Source of the DNA: Utricularia gibba
Taxonomy: Eukaryota > Plantae > Magnoliophyta
Assembly (NCBI GenBank): GCA_002189035.1
Contig: NEEC01000214.1
Coordinates: 1-24,511 of the forward strand
Length of the DNA: 24,511 bases
Direction: 5' to 3'
The notes beneath the pieces are model-generated. The model was not told where the DNA came from and made no database searches. It saw nothing but the letters and a program-made list of their open reading frames with translations. Positions 14,350 to 24,511 of the stretch are shown one piece after another; the first letter of the stretch is position 1, and each line of letters starts with the position of its first letter. Made by a program: the position numbers and the translations under genes.

Positions 14350-17300
14350 ACATGCAAAACATATGTATTTCATGCGACGATGTGAAATTTCGGATTTCGA
14401 GATGATCATTTAAGATGCCATCGGTGTGTGGCTAGCCACAACCTCATGGTGGCCTCGTGCACTCTTCGGTATCGAGTGGATATCTTACAAATGGTGATGA
14501 GTCATGTTGCACAAAGCATACCATTTCGAAGCTCGTTCCGAGCCGGTCTTTTTCGTGTGAGAACTTGTTCGTCCGAGGAGGCACAAATGCTCGAAAGATT
14601 GCCTTATATTAGCCTTCAGATGTGCAACGAAGTGGCCACCACGTTCGCGAAAATGTGACTCGGACACCTGACTCGATGCGAATGTGATTTTTGACATGCA
14701 AAACATATGTATTTCATGCGACGATGTGAAATTTCGGATTTCGAGATGATCATTTAAGATGCATCGGTGTGTGGCTAGCCACAACCTCATGGTGGCCTCG
14801 TGCACTCTTCGGTATCGAGTGGATATCTTACAAATGGTGATGAGTCATGTTGCACAAAGCATACCATTTCGAAGCTCGTTCCGAGCCGTCTTTTTTTCGT
14901 GTGGAGAACTTGTTCGTCCGAGGAGGCACAAATGCTCGAAAGATTGCCTTATATTAGCCTTCAGATGTGCAACGAAGTGGCCACCACGTTCGCGAAAATG
15001 TGACTCGGGACACCTGACTCGATGCGAATGTGATTTTTGACATGCAAAACATATGTATTTCATGCGACGATGTGAAATTTCGGATTTCGAGATGATCATT
15101 TAAGATGCATCGGTGTGTGGCTAGCCACAACCTCATGGTGGCCTCGTGCACTCTTCGGTATCGAGTGGATATCTTACAAATGGTGATGAGTCATGTTGCA
15201 CAAAGCATACCATTTCGAAGCTCGTTCCGAGCCGTCTTTTTCGTGTGAGAACTTGTTCGTCCGAGGAGCACAAATGCTCGAAAGATTGCCTTATATTAGC
15301 CTTCAGATGTGCAACGAAGTGGCCACCACGTTCGCGAAAATGTGACTCGGGACACCTGACTCGATGCGAATGTGATTTTTGACATGCAAAACATATGTAT
15401 TTCATGCGACGATGTGAAATTCGGATTTCGAGATGATCATTTAAGATGCATCGGTGTGTGGCTAGCCACAACCTCATGGTGGCCTCGTGCACTCTTCGGT
15501 ATCGAGTGGATATCTTGCAAACGGTGATGAGTCATGTTGCACACATACCGTTTCGAAGCTCGTTCCGAGCCAGTCTTCTTTCGTGTTGAGAACTTGTTCG
15601 TCCGAGGAGCACAAATGCTCGAAAGATTGCCTTATATTAGCCTTCAGATGTGCAACGAAGTGGCCACCACGTTCGCGAAAATGTGACTCGGACACCTGAC
15701 TCGATGCGAATGTGATTTTTGACATGCAAAACATATGTATTTCATGCGACGATGTGAAATTTCGGATTTCGAGATGATCATTTAGATGCCATCGGTGTGT
15801 GGCTAGCCACAACCTCATGGTGGCCTCGTGCACTCTTCGGTATCGAGTGGATATCTTACAAATGGTGATGAGTCATGTTGCACAAAGCATACCATTTCGA
15901 AGCTCGTTCCGAGCCGTCTTTTTTCGTGTGGAGAACTTGTTCGTCCGAGGAGGCACAAATGCTCGAAAGATTGCCTTATATTAGCCTTCAGATGTGCAAC
16001 GAAGTGGCCACCACGTTCGCGAAAATGTGACTCGGGACACCTGACTCGATGCGAATGTGATTTTTGACATGCAAAACATATGTATTTCATGTGACGATGA
16101 AATTTCGGATTTCGAGATGATCATTTAAGATGCCATCGGTGTGTGGCTAGCCACAACCTCATGGTGGCCTCGTGCACTCTTCGGTATCGAGTGGATATCT
16201 TACAAATGGTGATGAGTCATGTTGCACACATACCGTTTCGAAGCTCGTTCCGAGCCGTCTTTTTCGTGTGAGAACTTGTTCGTCCGAGGAGGCACAAATG
16301 CTCGAAATTGCCTTATATTAGCCTTCAGATGTGCAACGAAGTGGCCACCACGTTCGCGAAAATGTGACTCGGACACCTGACTCGATGCGAATGTGATTTT
16401 TGACATGCAAAACATATGTATTTCATGTGACGATGTGAAATTTCGGATTTCGAGATGATCATTTAAGATGCCATCGGTGTGTGGCTAGCCACAACCTCAT
16501 GGTGGCCTCGTGCACTCTTCGGTATCGAGTGGATATCTTACAAATGGTGATGAGTCATGTTGCACAAAGCATACCATTTCGAAGCTCGTTCCGAGCCAGT
16601 CTTTTTCGTGTGAGAACTTGTTCGTCCGAGGAGGCACAAATGCTCGAAAGATTGCCTTATATTAGCCTTCAGATGTGCAACGAAGTGGCCACCACGTTCG
16701 CGAAAATGTGACTCGGACACCTGACTCGATGCGAATGTGATTTTTGACATGCAAAACATATGTATTTCATGTGACGATGTGAAATTTCGGATTTCGAGAT
16801 GATCATTTAAGATGCCATCGGTGTGTGGCTAGCCACAACTCATGGTGGCCTCGTGCACTTTCGGTATCGAGTGGATATCTTACAAATGGTGATGAGTCAT
16901 GTTGCACATATCATACCGTTTCGAAGCTCGTTCCGAGCCAGTCTTCTTTCGTGTTGAGAACTTGTTCGTCCGAGGAGCACAAATGCTCGAAAGATTGCCT
17001 TATATTAGCCTTCAGATGTGCAACGAAGTGGCCACCACGTTCGCGAAAATGTGACTCGGGACACCTGACTCGATGCGAATGTGATTTTTGACATGCAAAA
17101 CATATGTATTTCATGTGACGATGTGAAATTTCGGATTTCGAGATGATCATTTAAGATGCCATCGGTGTGTGGCTAGCCACAACCTCATGGTGGCCTCGTG
17201 CACTCTTCGGTATCGAGTGGATATCTTACAAATGGTGATGAGTCATGTTGCACAAAGCATACCGTTTCGAAGCTCGTTCGAGCCGGTCTTTTTTCGTGTG

Positions 17301-20300
17301 AGAACTTGTTCGTCCGAGGAGGCACAAATGCTCGAAAGATTGCCTTATATTAGCCTTCAGATGTGCAACGAAGTGGCCACCACGTTCGCGAAAATGTGAC
17401 TCAGGACACCTGACTCGATGCGAATGTGATTTTTGACATGCAAAACATATGTATTTCATGCGACGATGTGAAATTTCGGATTTCGAGATGATCATTTAAG
17501 ATGCCATCGGTGTGTGGCTAGCCACAACCTCATGGTGGCCTCGTGCACTCTTCGGTATCGAGTGGATATCTTACAAATGGTGATGAGTCATGTTGCACAA
17601 GCATACCATTTCGAAGCTCGTTCCGAGCCGTCTTTTTTTCGTGTGGAGAACTTGTTCGTCCGAGGAGGCACAAATGCTCGAAAGATTGCCTTATATTAGC
17701 CTTCAGATGTGCAACGAAGTGGCCACCACGTTCGCGAAAATGTGACTCGGGACACCTGACTCGATGCGAATGTGATTTTTGACATGCAAAACATATGTAT
17801 TTCATGCGACGATGTGAAATTTCGGATTTCGAGATGATCATTTAGATGCCATCGGTGTGTGGCTAGCCACAACCTCATGGTGGCCTCGTGCACTCTTCGG
17901 TATCGAGTGGATATCTTACAAATGGTGATGAGTCATGTTGCACAAAGCATACCATTTCGAAGCTCGTTCCGAGCCGGTCTTTTTTCGTGTGAGAACTTGT
18001 TCGTCCGAGGAGGCACAAATGCTCGAAAGATTGCCTTATATTAGCCTTCAGATGTGCAACGAAGTGGCCACCACGTTCGCGAAAATGTGACTCGGGACAC
18101 CTGACTCGATGCGAATGTGATTTTTGACATGCAAAACATATGTATTTCATGTGACGATGTGAAATTTCGGATTTCGAGATGATCATTTAGATGCCATCGG
18201 TGTGTGGCTAGCCACAACCTCATGGTGGCCTCGTGCACTCTTCGGTATCGAGTGGATATCTTACAAATGGTGATGAGTCATGTTGCACAAAGCATACCAT
18301 TTCGAAGCTCGTTCCGAGCCGGTCTTTTTTCGTGTGAGAACTTGTTCGTCCGAGGAGGCACAAATGCTCGAAAGATTGCCTTATATTAGCCTTCAGATGT
18401 GCAACGAAGTGGCCACCACGTTCGCGAAAATGTGACTCGGACACCTGACTCGATGCGAATGTGATTTTTGACATGCAAAACATATGTATTTCATGCGACG
18501 ATGTGAAATTTCGGATTTCGAGATGATCATTTAAGATGCATCGGTGTGTGGCTAGCCACAACCTCATGGTGGCCTCGTGCACTCTTCGGTATCGAGTGGA
18601 TATCTTACAAATGGTGATGAGTCATGTTGCACAAAGCATACCATTTCGAAGCTCGTTCCGAGCCGTCTTTTTCGTGTGAGAACTTGTTCGTCCGAGGAGG
18701 CACAAATGCTCGAAAGATTGCCTTATATTAGCCTTCAGATGTGCAACGAAGTGGCCACCACGTTCGCGAAAATGTGACTCGGACACCTGACTCGATGCGA
18801 ATGTGATTTTTGACATGCAAAACATATGTATTTCATGCGACGATGTGAAATTTCGGATTTCGAGATGATCATTTAAGATGCCATCGGTGTGTGGCTAGCC
18901 ACAACCTCATGGTGGCCTCGTGCACTCTTCGGTATCGAGTGGATATCTTACAAATGGTGATGAGTCATGTTGCACAAAGCATACCATTTCGAAGCTCGTT
19001 CCGAGCCGTCTTTTTTTCGTGTGGAGAACTTGTTCGTCCGAGGAGGCACAAATGCTCGAAAGATTGCCTTATATTAGCCTTCAGATGTGCAACGAAGTGG
19101 CCACCACGTTCGCGAAAATGTGACTCGGGACACCTGACTCGATGCGAATGTGATTTTTGACATGCAAAACATATGTATTTCATGTGACGATGTGAAATTT
19201 CGGATTTCGAGATGATCATTTAAGATGCCATCGGTGTGTGGCTAGCCACAACCTCATGGTGGCCTCGTGCACTCTTCGGTATCGAGTGGATATCTTACAA
19301 ATGGTGATGAGTCATGTTGCACATAGCATACCGTTTCGAAGCTCGTTCCGAGCCAGTCTTCTTTCGTGTTGAGAACTTGTTCGTCCGAGGAGGCACAAAT
19401 GCTCGAAAGATTGCCTTATATTAGCCTTCAGATGTGCAACGAAGTGGCCACCACGTTCGCGAAAATGTGACTCGGGACACCTGACTCGATGCGAATGTGA
19501 TTTTTGACATGCAAAACATATGTATTTCATGTGACGATGTGAAAATTTCGGATTTCGAGATGATCATTTAGATGCCATCGGTGTGTGGCTAGCCACAACC
19601 TCATGGTGGCCTCGTGCACTCTTCGGTATCGAGTGGATATCTTACAAATGGTGATGAGTCATGTTGCACAAAGCATACCATTTCGAAGCTCGTTCCGAGC
19701 CGGTCTTTTTTCGTGTGAGAACTTGTTCGTCCGAGGAGGCACAAATGCTCGAAAGATTGCCTTATATTAGCCTTCAGATGTGCAACGAAGTGGCCACCAC
19801 GTTCGCGAAAATGTGACTCGGACACCTGACTCGATGCGAATGTGATTTTTGACATGCAAAACATATGTATTTCATGCGACGATGTGAAATTTCGGATTTC
19901 GAGATGATCATTTAAGATGCATCGGTGTGTGGCTAGCCACAACCTCATGGCCTCGTGCACTCTTCGGTATCGAGTGGATATCTTACAAATGGTGATGAGT
20001 CATGTTGCACAAAGCATACCATTTCGAAGCTCGTTCCGAGCCGGTCTTTTTCGTGTGAGAACTTGTTCGTCCGAGGAGGCACAAATGCTCGAAAGATTGC
20101 CTTATATTAGCCTTCAGATGTGCAACGAAGTGGCCACCACGTTCGCGAAAATGTGACTCGGACACCTGACTCGATGCGAATGTGATTTTTGACATGCAAA
20201 ACATATGTATTTCATGCGACGATGTGAAATTTCGGATTTCGAGATGATCATTTAAGATGCATCGGTGTGTGGCTAGCCACAACCTCATGGTGGCCTCGTG

Positions 20301-23300
20301 CACTCTTCGGTATCGAGTGGATATCTTACAAATGGTGATGAGTCATGTTGCACCATTTCGAAGCTCGTTCCGAGCCGTCTTTTTTCGTGTGAGAACTTGT
20401 TCGTCCGAGGAGGCACAAATGCTCGAAAGATTGCCTTATATTAGCCTTCAGATGTGCAACGAAGTGGCCACCACGTTCGCGAAAATGTGACTCGGGACAC
20501 CTGACTCGATGCGAATGTGATTTTTGACATGCAAAACATATGTATTTCATGTGACGATGTGAAATTTCGGATTTCGAGATGATCATTTAAGATGCATCGG
20601 TGTGTGGCTAGCCACAACCTCATGGTGGCCTCGTGCACTCTGGTATCGAGAGTGGATATCTTACAAATGGTGATGAGTCATGTTGCACAAAGCATACCAT
20701 TTCGAAGCTCGTTCCGAGCCGGTCTTTTTCGTGTGAGAACTTGTTCGTCCGAGGAGGCACAAATGCTCGAAAGATTGCCTTATATTAGCCTTCAGATGTG
20801 CAACGAAGTGGCCACCACGTTCGCGAAAATGTGACTCGGACACCTGACTCGATGCGAATGTGATTTTTGACATGCAAAACATATGTATTTCATGCGACGA
20901 TGTGAAATTTCGGATTTCGAGATGATCATTTAAGATGCCATCGGTGTGTGGCTAGCCACAACCTCATGGTGGCCTCGTGCACTCTTCGGTATCGAGTGGA
21001 TATCTTACAAATGGTGATGAGTCATGTTGCACAAAGCATACCATTTCGAAGCTCGTTCCGAGCCGTCTTTTTTCGTGTGGAGAACTTGTTCGTCCGAGGA
21101 GGCACAAATGCTCGAAAGATTGCCTTATATTAGCCTTCAGATGTGCAACGAAGTGGCCACCACGTTCGCGAAAATGTGACTCGGGACACCTGACTCGATG
21201 CGAATGTGATTTTTGACATGCAAAACATATGTATTTCATGTGACGATGTGAAATTTCGGATTTCGAGATGATCATTTAAGATGCCATCGGTGTGTGGCTA
21301 GCCACAACCTCATGGTGGCCTCGTGCACTCTTCGGTATCGAGTGGATATCTTACAAATGGTGATGAGTCATGTTGCACAAGCATACCGTTTCGAAGCTCG
21401 TTCCGAGCCAGTCTTCTTTCGTGTGAGAACTTGTTCGTCCGAGGAGCACAAATGCTCGAAAGATTGCCTTATATTAGCCTTCAGATGTGCAACGAAGTGG
21501 CCACCACGTTCGCGAAAATGTGACTCGGACACCTGACTCGATGCGAATGTGATTTTTGACATGCAAAACATATGTATTTCATGTGACGATGTGAAATTTC
21601 GGATTTCGAGATGATCATTTAAGATGCCATCGGTGTGTGGCTAGCCACAACCTCATGGTGGCCTCGTGCACTCTTCGGTATCGAGTGGATATCTTACAAA
21701 TGGTGATGAGTCATGTTGCACAAAGCATACCATTTCGAAGCTCGTTCCGAGCCGGTCTTTTTTCGTGTGAGAACTTGTTCGTCCGAGGAGGCACAAATGC
21801 TCGAAAGATTGCCTTATATTAGCCTTCAGATGTGCAACGAAGTGGCCACCACGTTCGCGAAAATGTGACTCAGGACACCTGACTCGATGCGAATGTGATT
21901 TTTGACATGCAAAACATATGTATTTCATGTGACGATGTGAAATTTCGGATTTCGAGATGATCATTTAAGATGCATCGGTGTGTGGCTAGCCACAACCTCA
22001 TGGTGGCCTCGTGCACTCTTCGGTATCGAGTGGATATCTTACAAATGGTGATGAGTCATGTTGCACAAAGCATACCATTTCGAAGCTCGTTCCGAGCCGG
22101 TCTTTTTTCGTGTGAGAACTTGTTCGTCCGAGGAGGCACAAATGCTCGAAAGATTGCCTTATATTAGCCTTCAGATGTGCAACGAAGTGGCCACCACGTT
22201 CGCGAAAATGTGACTCAGGACACCTGACTCGATGCGAATGTGATTTTTGACATGCAAAACATATGTATTTCATGCGACGATGTGAAATTTCGGATTTCGA
22301 GATGATCATTTAAGATGCATCGGTGTGTGGCTAGCCACAACCTCATGGTGGCCTCGTGCACTCTTCGGTATCGAGTGGATATCTTACAAATGGTGATGAG
22401 TCATGTTGCACAAAGCATACCATTTCGAAGCTCGTTCCGAGCCGTCTTTTTCGTTGGAGAACTTGTTCGTCCGAGGAGGCACAAATGCTCGAAAGATTGC
22501 CTTATATTAGCCTTCAGATGTGCAACGAAGTGGCCACCACGTTCGCGAAAATGTGACTCGGACACCTGACTCGATGCGAATGTGATTTTTGACATGCAAA
22601 ACATATGTATTTCATGCGACGATGTGAAATTTCGGATTTCGAGATGATCATTTAAGATGCATCGGTGTGTGGCTAGCCACAACCTCATGGTGGCCTCGTG
22701 CACTCTTCGGTATCGAGTGGATATCTTACAAATGGTGATGAGTCATGTTGCACAAAGCATACCATTTCGAAGCTCGTTCCGAGCCGTCTTTTTCGTGTGG
22801 AGAACTTGTTCGTCCGAGGAGGCACAAATGCTCGAAAGATTGCCTTATATTAGCCTTCAGATGTGCAACGAAGTGGCCACCACGTTCGCGAAAATGTGAC
22901 TCGGGACACCTGACTCGATGCGAATGTGATTTTTGACATGCAAAACATATGTATTTCATGTGACGATGTGAAATTTCGGATTTCGAGATGATCATTTAAG
23001 ATGCCATCGGTGTGTGGCTAGCCACAACCTCATGGTGGCCTCGTGCACTCTTCGGTATCGAGTGGATATCTTACAAATGGTGATGAGTCATGTTGCACAA
23101 AGCATACCATTTCGAAGCTCGTTCCGAGCCGGTCTTTTTTCGTGTGAGAACTTGTTCGTCCGAGGAGGCACAAATGCTCGAAAGATTGCCTTATATTAGC
23201 CTTCAGATGTGCAACGAAGTGGCCACCACGTTCGCGAAAATGTGACTCGGACACCTGACTCGATGCGAATGTGATTTTTGACATGCAAAACATATGTATT

Positions 23301-24511
23301 TCATGCGACGATGTGAAATTTCGGATTTCGAGATGATCATTTAAGATGCCATCGGTGTGTGGCTAGCCACAACCTCATGGTGGCCTCGTGCACTCTTCGG
23401 TATCGAGTGGATATCTTACAAATGGTGATGAGTCATGTTGCACAAAGCATACCATTTCGAAGCTCGTTCCGAGCCGTCTTTTTTCGTGTGGAGAACTTGT
23501 TCGTCCGAGGAGGCACAAATGCTCGAAAGATTGCCTTATATTAGCCTTCAGATGTGCAACGAAGTGGCCACCACGTTCGCGAAAATGTGACTCGGGACAC
23601 CTGACTCGATGCGAATGTGATTTTTGACATGCAAAACATATGTATTTCATGTGACGATGTGAAATTTCGGATTTCGAGATGATCATTTAAGATGCCATCG
23701 GTGTGTGGCTAGCCACAACCTCATGGTGGCCTCGTGCACTCTTCGGTATCGAGTGGATATCTTACAAATGGTGATGAGTCATGTTGCACAAAGCATACCA
23801 TTTCGAAGCTCGTTCCGAGCCAGTCTTTTTCGTGTTGAGAACTTGTTCGTCCGAGGAGCACAAATGCTCGAAAGATTGCCTTATATTAGCCTTCAGATGT
23901 GCAACGAAGTGGCCACCACGTTCGCGAAAATGTGACTCGGACACCTGACTCGGGCGAATGTGATTTTTGACATGCAAACATATGTATTTCATGTGACGAT
24001 GTGAAATTTCGGATTTCGAGATGATCATTTAAGATGCCGGGTGTGTGGCTAGCCACAACCTCATGGTGGCCTCGTGCACTCTTCGGTATCGAGTGGATAT
24101 CTTACAAATGGTGATGAGTCATGTTGCACAAAGCATACCATTTCGAAGCTCGTTCCGAGCCGGTCTTTTTTCGTGTGAGAACTTGTTCGTCCGAGGAGGC
24201 ACAAATGCTCGAAAGATTGCCTTATATTAGCCTTCAGATGTGCAACGAAGTGGCCACCACGTTCGCGAAAATGTGACTCGGACACCTGACTCGATGCGAA
24301 TGTGATTTTTGACATGCAAAACATATGTATTTCATGCGACGATGTGAAATTTCGGATTTCGAGATGATCATTTAAGATGCCATCGGTGTGTGGCTAGCCA
24401 CAACCTCATGGTGGCCTCGTGCACTCTTCGGTATCGAGTGGATATCTTACAAATGGTGATGAGTCATGTTGCACAAAGCATACCATTTCGAAGCTCGTTC
24501 CGAGCCGTCTT
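14350..24511. repeat. Homogeneous B-type sub-domain (~30 monomers)
   Basis: Nearly all units carry TCGGTGTGTGGCTAGCC, CTTACAAATGG and CACAAAGCATACCATTT. A-like units are sporadic (~15520-15590, ~16900-16950, ~19320-19370, ~21380-21420). Confidence 0.8.
23001..23345. repeat. Representative intact monomer (B type), 345 bp
   Basis: Begins ATGCCATCGGTGTGTGGCTAGCCACAACC and ends GATGATCATTTAAG. Hand count: 159/345 G+C (46%) and 23 CpG. Carries single EcoRV, ApaLI, NdeI, BclI, NruI, MscI, BstBI and NheI sites. Confidence 0.95.

Larger units (their letters stand above)
1..24511. repeat. Tandem satellite DNA array, ~343-346 bp monomer, ~75 head-to-tail copies, open at both window ends
   Basis: The same sequence recurs throughout. 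ATGCC(ATCGG) anchors at 23001, 23346, 23692, 24034 and 24377 give spacings of 345, 346, 342 and 343. About 75 copies of TTCGCGAAAA were counted by eye, all on the same strand. No unrelated sequence was seen. Confidence 0.98.

Noticed and set aside
23154-23170. CENP-B box-like GTTCGTCCGAGGAGGCA
   Set aside because: Only 7 of the 9 essential positions match and the CGGG end is absent.
23080-23190. Hammerhead ribozyme satellite (as in newt, schistosome and cricket satellites): TGATGAG ... CTCGAAAG
   Set aside because: The core reads GUGAUGA rather than CUGAUGA, stem II does not pair next to GAAA, and no CUGANGA is present on either strand of the consensus.
23095-23220. 5S rDNA repeat (similar unit size, CATACC motif, T-tract)
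   Set aside because: There is no similarity to 5S rRNA beyond six bases and no internal control region boxes.
23272-23281. Sm-site-like GATTTTTGA suggesting an snRNA or spliced-leader RNA array
   Set aside because: No known SL exon or U snRNA sequence is recognisable, and the motif is short enough to be chance.
218-24324. Numerous 60-180 aa ORFs, including the Cys/His-rich MKYICFACQKSHSHRVRCPESH...
   Set aside because: They are the same monomer translated repeatedly on both strands. Frames are broken inconsistently by indels and stops in each unit, and I recognise no domain or metal-finger spacing.
1-24511. CRISPR array
   Set aside because: There are no unique spacers; the entire ~344 bp unit repeats.
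1-24511. Rolling-circle concatemer of a viroid-sized circle or eccDNA
   Set aside because: The size fits, but linked alleles form positional domains and recur non-randomly, which is not expected from copying one circle. I also saw no rod-like self-complementarity.
1-24511. Assignment to a named satellite family or organism (e.g. ~340-360 bp grass satellites)
   Set aside because: Only the monomer length is similar; I could not match diagnostic sequence from memory, so a database search is required.

Overview
The whole 24.5 kb window is one head-to-tail tandem array (satellite DNA) of a ~343-346 bp monomer, all copies in the same orientation. I counted about 75 copies of the core motif TTCGCGAAAA. 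A clean monomer (23001-23345) is 46% GC with 23 CpGs. I see no protein-coding gene, RNA gene, mobile element or CRISPR array; the ORF track only re-translates the same monomer. The array is internally structured. An 'A' allele domain (~1-4.9 kb) is followed by a mixed domain and then a scrambled zone of truncated units (~9.4-13.1 kb) that looks like a consensus or long-read artefact. After a short A-rich patch, an 85-bp out-of-register junction at ~14350 leads into a homogeneous 'B' domain with hints of a 6/7(13)-monomer higher-order pattern. Many recurrent substitutions are CpG>TpG/CpA, and one A/B difference turns a quasi-palindrome into a perfect 14-bp palindrome. I cannot assign the organism or satellite family, and I found no support for a new gene system.
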